Positions 1-12,351 of a stretch of DNA of 64,000 nucleotides are shown here, piece by piece. The stretch comes from Yuukianura sp. NJ FZ-2021 (taxonomy: Eukaryota). The notes beneath the pieces were generated by a model. It searched no databases. It saw nothing but the letters and a program-made list of their open reading frames with translations, and was not told the DNA's origin. The position numbers and the translations under genes are program-made. Within the stretch, counting starts at the first letter, position 1, and every line of letters begins with the position of its first letter. The stretch is taken from positions 15,128,001-15,192,000 of the forward strand of contig CM102286.1 in assembly GCA_046563655.1 (NCBI GenBank), written 5' to 3'.

Positions 1-548
1 CGGCTTTCCCGAGGTCAAAGTTCAGAACACAACCATTACCATGAACATTCCAAAAATAACATGGAAGAAGGGAGAAATGGTAATAAATATTTTTAAGTTT
101 AAAATTATAAAAATGAAAATTATTTAAAATGTAATTAAAACTATTTGAGACGTGGCCATGATTTCTCTGGAGTCGACGAGTCTCCTCATCCATGTCGTTG
201 AATTCTGTGTCGTGTACCTCGTGTTCCAAGGAGCTCAACAGGTCACAAATTGTTTAAATACATTTCCTATTAATTAGTAATTAAAATTTGTTAGTTAGTA
301 ATTGAGGTTTGACTATTTAGAGGAGTATGCCAAAGTCCAGGATTTGGGCGAGGCTGACTGAGGTGCTGACGGGTGTTGACGGGATAGTTTTTGTGACTTC
401 TATGATTGTAGAATTTAACGTTGGGATGGTCGTGTTTATGCTGCTGGATCTGGGCTACAAGTCATACAGTTGCGCAGTCGTAGAAGCATTCATGAGGGAA
501 ATCCAGACTTACGAAGTTCCACAAAACGAACGGACAGAACTCAACTAA
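1..548 (+). CDS. 3' part of an uncharacterised small multi-pass membrane protein (DUF4728/LAPTM-like tetraspan pattern), 5'-truncated by the window
   Basis: Exons ~1-79, 150-241 and 321-548 join in frame: ...EEGRN|DVAMISLESTSLLIHVVEFCVVYLVFQGAQQ|RSMPKSRIWARL...KSYSCAVVEAFMREI...*. Three hydrophobic segments are visible. The family call is pattern recognition only. Confidence 0.5.
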
Positions 549-740
549 ATTTCATTAGTTTCAAAAATGGAAACACAAAAAAACAGAAGTTTTTGGAAAT
601 GGCGTTGAAATAAAACATTAAAAACAAGTTAAACCACCAGGAACTTACACTGCCCGTTTAATTTTTGTAATTTTTTGTTGGAAATTTGTTTTAAACTATC
701 CGATTGCTACAATTGACCTTTGACCTTTGACCTGTGTTGG

Positions 741-2701
741 TTAGCTACTGAAGTATTTAGTCATTTTTCCAGTTCCAGTGCCATATTCCTCTGGAGGAAC
801 ATCGGGATGAAGTGTTTCTGGAGAATAGTAGGAGACTGCATAGACAATTATAAAAAGGAGGAATAGAATGGGGTATGCCAGCCTGGCTACAAACATGACC
901 TTGTCCCCCAGGGGCAGTGTTTCATAGGTCTGTGTCAAGGTCATACTAGTTGTCCACAGTGGTCGTAGCTCCACCTCCTCAAGGTCACTCTGCACAGGTT
1001 CCACCACTTTCTTGCTCATGACCTTGGACAAGACGCAAAGTAAAAAGGAGGAGAGGGCAAAGGTCAAGCAGACTCCAAGCCACACGTCGATGGCAGTAGT
1101 GTAGGACACTAGTGGGCGCGACCCCTCCGTTGCCATGGTCCCCAGGGTCAAGGTCACCACAGTGACGAAGGAAATGGTCACTCCCGAATTTCGGATCCAC
1201 AGAGCCATGTAAGCAATGATCACAAACATGGTAGAGGGAATGAACATTTTGATCAAGTAGTGCTTGAACTCCCGTTTGAACAGAAAATCTGCACGCAAAC
1301 AACTGTACACTCCTAAAAAACAACAAAAAATGTAGTTTCTTTTTAATTTTACTTTTTTTTATTTCTAGTTACGTTAGTATATGAAGCATTAGTTTTACCT
1401 GCAGGTTTGGATATTTAAAAAGTATAGTTTAAAAAAAAAATTTTTAAATGTGTGCTGACCTGTGACAGTATGTGAGTCGCAGTAGTCTGTGGAATATTGG
1501 CGCAGAGTGAATTGATTCAAGTGTAAATACGGCGTCATCTGAACAGGATTGTCTTTTTTCCATTGGAAAATTATGTGAGCAGTTGTATAAGCATCTGAAA
1601 TTTTACACTTTTTGAATTTAAAAAAATTTGACCTTTGACCTTTAACTTACAACTGGCCAGTCGGAGACTGCATGTTTGTTTGTCAAAAGGAAACAAACGG
1701 AAATCCATTCCACAGAACAGAGTTAGCGACAATCTAAAATCAATAAGGCACGTTATTTCACAATGTAAAATTTTCAAAATTTCAAAATTTGTGTAAATTT
1801 TTGAAATTGTGGTAAACCTTGCACTGTAGAGTATACTTCCGTCTGGAGAAATGCGAAAGTAGGAATTTGGGCCAATGAGGGAGTGGAGGTGGCCATCAAT
1901 TTCGTTACTGAAGAAAACGTCAGGCATCCACATCTCTGTGTGGTCGGATTTCGCTAGACTTATGTACGGCGGACCTTAACAACCAAAAAACTCAAAATTT
2001 TGAAATTTTGAACTTTCAAATTTACTCAATAAGCCTTAGGAGTATTTAAAATTTCTTCTTGATAAAATCTAGCTAAATTTTTAAAAAATTTTACCTCGAG
2101 TGCCATTATCCGGAAGCAAATGTCTAAAAGCCAGTCGTTTGTCTTCCCACTGCATCCGAAACGTGAGTCGCAGTCTGTAATCCTTCGAGTACGAAAAAAA
2201 AAGTTGTGATTAGTGACTCGATTGCTTTGTAGCTTTAAATATTGCATAAATATGAAAGTTAAAATATGAAATTTAAGAAATGTAAAAATTTGAAATTTTT
2301 ACTTGGTTAACGTCATCTACAGCATGTATTGACCTGACATACATATTGACAGCGGCCGTTACCGCTGGTGAATGCAATGAACCACCTAAGTGTAAGTAAA
2401 TAGAATTCAGATGATAATTGTAATAAAATATATTATATTATTTATATAATATTTCCCCACCCATATCCGGTCCCTCAGCTCCGCCCGGTCGAATCCTGGC
2501 ATCGTACGAACTGTTGGTTAAAATCTCATCCAAAATTTCCCGCTCTCGGCGATTCCCCGGATCTTCCCCAACGTGAACGGCTCCAAACCTACAAAAATTC
2601 AAAAAAAAAAGTAAAAAAAAAAATTACAACATTTTTTAAAATTTCACTTACGTTTTGTTAGAAAAAAGGAAAAGCGTAAACAAAATGCTGTGCGTCTTCA
2701 T
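741..2701 (-). CDS. Cys-loop ligand-gated ion channel subunit, glutamate-gated chloride channel (GluCl)-like, divergent
   Basis: ATG at 2701 with a signal-peptide exon. Motifs: EILDEILTNSSYDARIRP, VNMYVRSI, LTFRMQWEDKRL, MWMPDVFFSNE, Cys-loop CGMDFRLFPFDKQTC, YCDSHTVTGVYSCL, and a TM exon 741-1312 with VSYTTAIDVW. Introns are GT-AG. Confidence 0.9.
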
Positions 2702-3561
2702 CCTTGCTTTGATTCTAATAAACTAACTTTATTTCCCTAGAGTTAAAATTATAAAATTTGAAACTACGTCTGTCAAAAAGTGTTAAGTGATTACATTTCA
2801 GTCACTTTATCTCACACATAGGCTAAAACAGAGTAGAAGATCCTTTATCCTAGTGTTTTAAATTGAAACGAAATGAAAAGCAAGGTCAACTGAAATGTGA
2901 CCCCGAGTGACGCTCATTTTGCGTAAGAAGATACACTTGGTCCAAATTCTGCAACATGTCAAAATCTATTTTCACACAACTCCCGCACAGAACTACAAAA
3001 ATTCGACAAAAACAAAAATGAAACCGAAAAACGAAATCTACTTCTTAAATGATTTTGGGTTGAAACAAGTTCAAAATTTTTCGTTTTTGCTTAATTTGAC
3101 TTTCTCGAGAGGCCAAGGTCAGGCGGTATGAAAAAAAAAACTTCGTCCGGAAGTTATTGCTTAGAAGCGTGACGGTAAGTGGACTTTAATTGCCTGATGG
3201 AACTGATTTCGGTGCACACTCAAACTTAAGCATAAGCTTTTCAAAATAAAAAAAAACGCAGTTTTGCAAAATCTTTCACAAAAAACTGACTCACAAAAAA
3301 TGTAAAGTGGCCGTAGATGTTGTCAAGACACTGTGAGTTGGAATAGTTTTTTTTTCAATTGTTGTATTCTGCAACTTTTACTTCAAATAGTGGACAGAAT
3401 TTTCCAAAAATTAAAAATTTAGTACTATTTTGCAATTATTATTGAAAATTGTATCCGTGCATCTTTCTGTAGCTTTTAAGTTCTGAGTGACAGGAAGTCA
3501 TAAAGACAAAAAATTGTAACAAAAGTGGTGATTCTGAACGCCAGACGAAAAAGTGAGAGCG

Positions 3562-4584
3562 ATGGAAGTTGAAAAATTGAATTTGACGAAGAATTTTTCA
3601 AAAGCGGAGTACCCGGATGACGGGATGACGCGTGACCCCGTGTACCATGACCTCTGGGAAATGGAGAAACAAGTTGACCTCAACGCCTGGATCAAGTGGT
3701 ACGAAGAGCACAAGTACGCAGCAGTACTCGCCAGCATCTTGTACTTGGCCAGCATCTTCACTCTCCGCAAAGTGCTGGCCAATCGCAAGCCATTTAACCT
3801 CCGGAAGGCTCCCATTGGCTGGAACTTGGGCTTGGCCATTTTCAGCGCCATTTGCGTCATGCGCACTGCTCCTGCGTTGGTCTTTGCCCTCAGCCAATCA
3901 AATGGTCTCTACGTCTCCATCTGCACAAAGTAAAACTTTAAAGTTTGAATTCAGAATTTGGAAAAGTTAAAATGTTGAAAATAAAATTTTGAAAATGTTG
4001 GCCTCAGGGACTGCTGGAGTGCTGGATCGGTGTTCTGGGGAATCGCATTCGGTTGGAGTAAAATTGTGGAACTTGGTGACACTTTGTTTGTCGTTTTGCG
4101 CAAAAAACCGTTGACTTTTTTGCACTGTTTTCATCATGTGACGGTTCTCTGCTATGTGTGGACTACTGGACCATCCATGAATTCAACCAATCTCTGGTTT
4201 GGAGTCGTCAACTGCGGAATACACGCTCTCATGTACTCTTACTACGCTGCAAAAGTAACATTTTAAAACATTTTACGAAAAATTACAAAGTTTTTACAAG
4301 AATTCAAATGAAATTGTTCAGTTTTGACTTTTGGTTGACTTTAGGCGGCCCACGTGAATGTACCCAAAGGACTGGCGATGACGATCACTTCTCTTCAACT
4401 GCTTCAAATGTTCGTTGGTGTTTGGATCAACTTCTATGTGTTGACTACCAAGGTCACGGGAGGTCACTGTGCCACGGAAACCAGCGATGTCAAGTACGCC
4501 TTGCTCATGTACGCCAGCTACACAATTCTCTTTGGCATGTTCTTCTCCAAAGCATATTTGAACAAACGAACCAAAACAGACTAA
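3562..4584 (+). CDS. Elongation of very long chain fatty acids protein (ELOVL3/6-like), copy 1
   Basis: Exons 3562-3929, 4008-4254, 4345-4584. Motifs: SKIVELGDTLFVVLRKKPL, FLHCFHH (HxxHH), HALMYSYY, ITSLQLLQM, and a Lys-rich ER-retrieval-type tail. Confidence 0.93.
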
Positions 4585-4765
4585 GCTCAGCATTTAAAAA
4601 AAATTCAACATTCCCAAAATATTAAATAAAAGCACTTCAGTATTTTAAAATTTTGAATTTCTGAATTCACTAACTCATGAGGAGAGGGTTCCAACCGTTT
4701 CTCAAAATAAAGACTAAGTCGCAAAAGAATTCGTATAATTAGCATATAATATATAAAGCTATGTA

Positions 4766-5029
4766 CAGCGTGTTACACTTAAAACTGAACACCTTGGAAT
4801 AATTTCCCTGACACCCGCTTCAAAAGTAGCAAAACATGGAGGGATATTCGCAAGCTTTTCTTGTATTTTCAGTCGTAATTTTCTAATATCTAAAATTTTG
4901 AATTGGGGACGAACTGCTAATTCTCAGAAATATCTAAAAATTTCTTCTTGACGAAATCTACCTGTCTCAGGAATACGAGAAAGACACTTTAGGATTTGTG
5001 AAGCATTTGGTTTTACGTGCCACATCCTG
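4766..5029. mobile_element. Degenerate Tc1/mariner-type MITE
   Basis: Ends read TA|CAGCGTGTTACACTTAAAAC ... GTTTTACGTGCCACATCCTG|TA: imperfect terminal inverted repeats flanked by TA. Confidence 0.55.
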
Positions 5030-5150
5030 TATAATAATGTATATATTTTACAGTTTGGCTAATTTATTCCTCTAATTTTGATTTTAGGTTTTAGTTTTCA
5101 TTTCCTTCGATCGCGTTTTCAAACTATTTAGTCTTCCTAGCCCAATTAAT

Positions 5151-5420
5151 CTTGGCGTCATACGAACTGTTGCTCAAAATTTCATTCAGACTTTCCCACT
5201 CTCGGCGAGTCCCAGGACCTTCATCAACGTCAACAGCTCCAAACCCACGCAAATTAAAATTCAAGATTAAAATGAAGATTAGACTAAAATTAAGATCACA
5301 AATTCACGCTTGCTTTTATGTTATTTTATTTTTATTTGATGAATTTTTGTTTAAATTGTTAACGTAGAGCGAGAGCAGATGACAACCTCAGACAAAATTC
5401 TGTGTGTCCCTTCAGCTTCC
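5151..5420 (-). pseudogene. Remnant of the GluCl-like gene 5' exons (partial duplicate)
   Basis: 5151-5245 aligns with GluCl exon 2 (2497-2589). It translates FGAVDVDEGPGTRREWESLNEILSNSSYDAKI then diverges to a stop. Weak exon-1 similarity near 5390-5415. Confidence 0.8.
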
Positions 5421-5889
5421 AAATATTTTTTGGTTTAAAAAGATTTAAGAATTTCAGTTCCTGCTCAAGTTGACGCAAGAGAGAGGTCGAATGGAAATAC
5501 AAAAAACTCCGCCCTGCGGCTACCCCTGAGAAGTGTGACGTGCTTCGGATTTAATTGCTTCATCGCACTGATCAGTTATCAACCAACCTTAAACTTTTCA
5601 AATCTCAAATAAAACTGACGTTTATGTCTCAGTTTCACATAATGCTAAAAATTTGAAACCTAAAAAGTATAAAAGTGGGAGTTAATTATGTCAAAACGTT
5701 GTGAGTTGGAATAGTTTTTGAAGTGTTTCATTTTCTTACATGACAAATGAATTTTTTTTTTGAAAATAGTTTTTTAATTTCCAAAAATTAAACGTTTAAC
5801 ATTATTTTGGCATTGGAAGTTGGATGTTTAGCTTGTAAGGTTTGAGCGAGGAAGTCATACAAACAAAGATTTTAGAAAAAGTGTGAGGG

Positions 5890-6936
5890 ATGAATCCACT
5901 CGTTCAAAAATTGAACTTGACAAACAATTCTTGCCCAAATCCAGAAGCAGACTTGTTCCCATTGAAGGCGAAGTACCCAGATGACGGTATGACGCGTGAC
6001 CCCGTGTACCATGATCTCTGGGAAATGGAAAAGGAAGTTGACCTCAACGCTTGGATTAAGTGGTTGGAAGGGCACAAGTACGCAGCAGTACTCGCCAGCA
6101 TCCTGTACTTGGCCAGCATCTTCACTCTCCGCAAAGTGCTGGCCAATCGCAAGCCCTTTGACCTCCGGAGGGCCCTCATTGGCTGGAACTTGGGCCTGGC
6201 CATTTTCAGCGCCCTTTGCTTCATGCGCACTGCTCCAGCAATCGTCTTTCTTCTCAGCCAATCAAACGGTCTCTACGTCTCCATCTGCACAACGTAAAAC
6301 TTTAAAGTTTGAATTCAGAATTTGAAAAAGTTAAAATTTTCAAAATAAAAGTTTGAAAATGTTGGCCTCAGGGACTGCTGGAGTGCTGGATCGGTGTTCT
6401 GGGGAATCGCATTCTGTTGGAGTAAAATTGTGGAACTTGGTGACACTTTGTTTGTCGTTTTGCGCAAAAAACCATTAATATTTTTGCACTGGTTTCATCA
6501 CGTGACTGTCCTTTGCTATGTGTGGACCACTGGACCATCCATGAATTCAACCAGTCTTTGGTTCGTAGTTGTCAACTGCGCAATACACGCTCTCATGTAC
6601 TCTTACTATGCTGCAAAAGTAACATTTTAAAACATTTTACATAAAATTACAGAGTTTTTACAAGAATTCAAAGTTTTGACTTTTGGTTGACTTTAGGCAG
6701 CCCATGTGAATGTACCCAAACGACTGGCGATGACGATCACTTCTCTTCAACTGCTTCAAATGTTGGTGGGTGTTTGGATCAACTTTTACGTGCTGAGCAC
6801 CAAGGTCACCGGAGGTCACTGTGCAACGGAGATAAAGGATGTCACGTACGCTCTTCTCATGTACGCCAGCTACACAATTCTATTCGGCATGTTCTTCCTT
6901 AAAACCTATTTGAACAAACGAACCAAAACAGACTGA
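5890..6936 (+). CDS. Elongation of very long chain fatty acids protein (ELOVL3/6-like), copy 2
   Basis: Exons 5890-6293, 6372-6618, 6697-6936. FLHWFHH box. Exons and introns are highly similar to copy 1. Confidence 0.93.
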
Positions 6937-8539
6937 CGAGGACTGGCTCTTGGCCGTTTTTCGAAATCTGAAATTCTGAAACACGGAAGTGGTTTCTCAT
7001 TGTTCAAAAACACTTTTGGCACCATTCCCGTTTCACAACGCGAAAAAAAAAGAATTCGATCCGGGGTGGGATTGAACACCTGTCGGGCGAAACGGCGAAA
7101 GTGACCTTTTTCGGGGTGGGAGCTCTATCCGCTGGACCAAAACAAAGATCTCAGAGCTGGTCCCTAGAAAATTAGTTTTTCATGCGCACAGGAAGGGGGA
7201 AAGTGAAAGTCAAAGAAATTTTTTTCAAATTTAAAGTCAACCGATTAAAATTAACAACGACACTAATTGCTCTTAAGAGGAGCATTCTACAACAAACAAA
7301 TTACGATCTTTCCCCCGTTTTTCGCAAATACTCAAGGTTTATCTAATTTAATATCCCAGTTAAAAAAAAACAAAGTGACTTACTTTCGTCTAAAATCGTA
7401 ACAATTTTAAATTTTTTCAATTTTTGAAAGTTAACATCTTTTTAGAATATTCGCACTCTGTAATGTGATATTCAAAAAAGAAACAAGAAAAACAATGTAT
7501 CTTATTACAATGACTGCATCGGATGAAACGACTTTCTTTTTGACATTTTTTGCAAATCGGTGAGTCTCCTTTCTTCCAGTGAAAGCAAATCTGCTCAACT
7601 GAAAAAAAAATTCTTCTTGTCGCTGGATTCCAGAAATCCTGCAGCTACAAAAGAGTAGCGTATCACAGGGTTAAAAACTATGATTTCTCCAAATTGCAAG
7701 TTTTGATTTCGAAGAAAGCGAAGCACATCCATTATGTTGAAGCGTCGAAAGGCTATACTTTGGGTGAGAATCCGCGAATTTGACAATTCGTACTCTCTTC
7801 AAGTGGAATTTCGTTGACTTCCATCTCTTGCTCTATAGCAAACGATTCGTCCCGTTCATTGATGTCTAAAAAGTTTAATTTTAAATTGTTGTCAGACACT
7901 TTCACCTTATGTGAAATAATATGAAAAATGTACAGTGTGTACAAGTTTTTGGAGTAAAAAGTTTAAATTCCAGATTCTGATGTCTTGATGTACCATGAAT
8001 CGTCAAGTCTTCTTCTTCGGCTAAAACGAAATCATCCAGCATTTGCAAGAACAATTTAAACAGTTTTCTTGCAAATAGTTCTGTACTTTCACTATGATTG
8101 GGAATATCGTGTCCTTTGAACTCCTTTTCTACAATCCGAACAAATTTTCTTGCGATTGTAATAGGATTAACCTCTGACGACTCCATATTTGTGAAATACT
8201 TTGACTTTCACTTTAATAATGAGAGGAACTACGTCGGTTTTACGAAAAAAAAACGTTTTTCTTGTACCTTCCATTTTTCCCTGCAGGTGTGCATCAATAA
8301 TTACTTTTTTACCAACGGGAATAGCTAACTAGGTTTTGGTCCAGAGGATAGGGCTCCCACCCCGAAAAAGGTCACTTTCGCCGTTTCGCCCGATATGGGT
8401 TCAACCCCACCCCGGATCGAATTCTTTTTTTTTCGCGTTGTGAAACGGGAATAGTGCCAAAAGTGTTTTTGGACAATGAGAAACCACTTCCGGGTTTCAG
8501 AATTTCAGATTTCGAAAAACGGCCAAGAGCCAGTCCTCG
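6937..8539. mobile_element. DNA transposon (probably non-autonomous) with ~207-bp TIRs and a 3-bp TGA target duplication
   Basis: TIRs are 6937-7143 and 8333-8539 (CGAGGACTGGCTCTTGGCCG...). TGA flanks both sides (6934-6936, 8540-8542). Sequence after 8542 resumes homology with the 3' UTR of ELOVL copy 1. Short internal minus-strand ORFs at 7595-8186. Confidence 0.92.
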
Positions 8540-9053
8540 TGAGTTCAGCATGTTAAGAAAATTCAACATTCCATAAATATTAAATAAAAGCACTTCGGCA
8601 TTTTTAAATTTTGAATTTCTGAATTTTTTTAACTCGTTTCCACCATTTCTTAATATAAATTGCGGGACTAGTCTAAAAAAAATTCGTATAATTAAATAAA
8701 ACTTTGACAGTTGACACTAACAATAAGTTCCGTATGAGACTACTAGAATGGTAAAAAAAATATTTTAATATTAGTGCTTACTTGAAAATTGGAAAAAGAG
8801 AAAATTAAAAAATTAACTCAAACCTTCGACGCCTGGTCGTGGTTTGAATCCACCTTAATTTTTTTCGCGTTAGGATTGTAAAACTAAACAAGTATCAAAA
8901 TTTTTGTTTAAGTAAACAAGTTTTTTTGCCGCTAGTTCCATAATTTATTTTGAGAATTTGTTGAAAGCCTCTCCTCGTCAATCAGGTTCAATTGATGCAC
9001 AATTTAATTTCTAGTTTTGCTAATTTGTTCCACTAATTTTTAGTTTTTTAGTA

Positions 9054-10599
9054 TTAATTTTCTGGAATCGTATCTTCGGATGGTTTGTATTCTTCGAAAG
9101 TGTCTTGACGAAATGCTTCGATCGCTGCTTCCGAATCGCCCCGAATCAACTTCTTGGGATTCGGTTTGGGATGCATCAGAATAAACGGCGTTTCTGCTGT
9201 CAGCTCCCCACCCATTGCTCCAAGGAACAACTTGACCTTCACGACATACGACACGATGATCCCAAAAGCCTCTCTTGCATCACCATCAGTCAAACTGAAA
9301 CCACAAAACAAAGGTCAAAGGTCAAAGGTCAGAGGTCATTTCAATATTTTATTTTACAGCGTGGATGAAGCCAAGTCAGTTTCCTCTCGCTTGAGTTGTC
9401 CATCGAGAGCGATTCCACGCCGATCCTTGTTTTTGTTAAGCGATGGAACGAGACACAGTGTCTTCTTCAGAGTGGACCCCGGTTCCAGGGGACATCCCTC
9501 TCTGGTTTCACAATTTTACAAATTTTTGAAAAAATTACAAAATTTTGAAATAGCTTTTTGAAACAAAGAATCTCACTGGGAGTCAACGACGGCCACAGTT
9601 GCCTTGTACTGTCCACTGGAGAACATGCACACGTCAATACACTGCTGCACAACTGCTCTGATTTTCTTGACTGTCTTCTTGCTCTGATTCCGAATGACGA
9701 TCGTGACCTGGATCTTCTCTCCATGATGGTACAACTAGAGGTCAAAGGTCAAAGGTCAAAGATCGTAATTTGAAAAATTTGAGTTGAGGTCAAAGGTCAC
9801 CTGTTTGTCCAAGGTCGTTTCCAACCTGAGTTGCCCTGGACTAAGCAGAAACTCTTTGGCAACGACAGTTGAGGGCTGGGGCCCTTTGCCTGACGGCGCA
9901 TACTCTATTTTCCGAATCCTCAGTTCAATTGTACTCCTAAGGACAATTGAAATTAAATGTTAATTAGGTAATTAATTAAAGTTAAAAGTTAATTAAATAT
10001 GTTAAAATTTAAATTAAGTGTGAATATTTAAGTGACCTCTTGTGAGGCTTGTCAGAGGGGTCCCTTCCAGGGAATACTTTGATGAAGTACTCCACTCCGC
10101 AGGGTCTCCCTTGGTCTTCTGGTCCTGGATGGAGAGTGACTGAGGGAGGGGCGTGGAGGGGGAACGTGAACGTGAAGGGGTGGGTACTTCGGGTGGACCC
10201 TTCGAGTTTCCGCACGAGTCTCTCCTGGAGTCGTGACCTCTTGACATCTTGACCTTGTTCCGGGGGGAACAACGTCTGAGTGGCTATGACCATTTCCTTG
10301 CTGAACTTGAGCCCCATCACCTCGTCCTCCTCTCGTCCATAGCGGAAAGTGCAGATCAACTGGGCAAAGAGACACCGAGTGTCCAAGTACCCCTCCTCCA
10401 CTGCCACCACCCCATCTGCAAAAATCAAAATTTGAAAATTCCAAAATTTTGGAAATTTATATTTTTTTGAAAAAGTGTTTTTGAATTGACCAATGGGGTC
10501 AGCAGAGGCGAGGTTGGTGACAAAGTCTCTCTTTCCGAGGTAGGCACAGAGTTGTCCATTGGGAGCTGACTTTTTAAAAACAGTGAATGTCTGAACCAT
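9054..10599 (-). CDS. Arr1: Arrestin, visual (Arr1/phosrestin-II)-like
   Basis: [15 protein letters not shown]...[67 protein letters not shown] tail. Multi-exon, GT-AG. Confidence 0.88.
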
Positions 10600-11126
10600 G
10601 GCTCTTCCAGGAAAAAAAAACTACTGGAACAGCACTTTCCAACTCCTTCTGCCACAAAAAAGTACTGGAACAGCATTTTCAAATTCCAGTTTTATAGTCA
10701 CTGTGTTCAAGAGGAAGCCAGCCAACTTCATCTCATTTCCTTTTAATTTGGTTTCATAATTTCTCAATCTGCACTTCTAAGACATCCTGACATTTTAACA
10801 AAAAAAGTAGAATACTTTGAAAAAAAATTGGAATCGATACTTGGAAATTTCAAAATGCAGTAATCAGTTTTTTCGTTTTTCAAAAAAAAAGGATTAAGAA
10901 TTATTGTAGGAACCGAAAAGGTGTGCATTTGAAATTGAAAAGGTTGGAAAGAAAAGTCTGTTTAGCCAGAGTTGAAGGTCAAATTGTTTGTAGGTCAAGG
11001 TCAACCGTGTTGTTGTCATTTACCTTACAAAAAGTTGGCCTCATTTCACGTGATTTCTAACAAAATGGGCAGTATAAAATGCTAAGGAACGAAGGAATCT
11101 TAAGTTTTAAATTTTTATAGGTGAAA

Positions 11127-12118
11127 ATGGACTACTTGTTGTTTCTTCTGACGAGTTTAGTTGGAGTAAATGCTGCCAGTAGTTGGCGGTGTCCGGATGC
11201 TGCTCCAACACAATTTAGCAATGGCAGTTACATTCCAGAGGGCAGAATGACTGACCTCGTTGGCATGACAACTTATGAAGTGGGGTCACCGGGGTCAAGG
11301 TCAGTGTTGATTGGAATCCATGACATTTTTGGCCTAGAGTGGAACTCCAACTGGAAAGAAGTGGCTGATGACCTGGCACGGGGTGGCTGCAAGGTCATTC
11401 TGCCGGACTTTTTTGATGGCCAACCGTGGACAGTCCACTGGACGGCTGGCGGTGAATATCCATCTGCTGAAGTGTAACAATTACCAACAATTTCTGAATT
11501 TCTCAAAAAAATTCCAAAATTCTACGAATTTGTGAAAAAAATTAGAACTTTTTAAATTTGTTAAATTTCAGTATGGCAGAGTACAGGAAGTGGGAAGAGA
11601 CAAACTCGTGGGAAAAGAGCGTACGACCAAAACTGAGCAAACTTTTGGAAAAGTTGAAAGGTCAAGGGTCAAAGATCGGACTATTTGGAGTGAGTTACGG
11701 CGGACGAAAAGCGGCGCTGGCTTCCGCCGAATTCCGGAAAGATCTCAAGGTCGTCGGCAGATTCACTCCAGCTCCGATTTTAATGGAAGAAGCAGCGTCC
11801 ATTGGCGTCCCATCGCTCATCCTGGGCTCAAACTTAATAGACCAATTGGATTTGGCAAGTGATTTATTATTTTATAATATTATAATATATTATAATATTA
11901 TAAATAGAATTATGTTTTTATAACACTTTTTATAGGAAGAGTACTGCAATATCGTGGATAAAAACTTGGGTAATGGAAGTTGCGTGTTCGAGAACTTCGA
12001 TGAGTACCCGGGATTTGTGGCCTCCGAAGGTGACTGGACGAATGCCGTCCAACGACGTGACGCCGAAAGGGCTGTTGACCTCTTCAAGAACTTTCTGTGT
12101 CAATACATGCTTCCGTGA
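11127..12118 (+). CDS. Secreted dienelactone hydrolase/CMBL-family alpha/beta-hydrolase-like protein, paralogue 1
   Basis: Exons 11127-11473, 11572-11854 (GC donor), 11936-12118. Signal peptide; GIHDIFG, VADDLA..G..VILPDFF, nucleophile elbow GVSYGG. Confidence 0.8.
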
Positions 12119-12351
12119 CATTTGACCTTTTGACCTTCAAACAATAAAATTTTAAAATGACTCTGTTTTGTTGGAAAAATCAAAGTAGGCTAATGTTTTC
12201 CTTCACTTTTGTTTTCTTGGGTTGAGAAAATGAGTCCTCTTGTCTTTGACCTTGAACTTTTCAAGGCTCACCTTTTCAAAATTCAACTCCTTCCACAGTA
12301 TAAATTGTAAAACTTTGGAAAAATACGAAATCAGTTTAAAACTTTAGGACC

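Noticed and set aside
3498..6261. Antisense and alternative-frame ORFs repeated over both ELOVL genes
   Set aside because: They are shadows of the real coding exons; their recurrence follows from the duplication.
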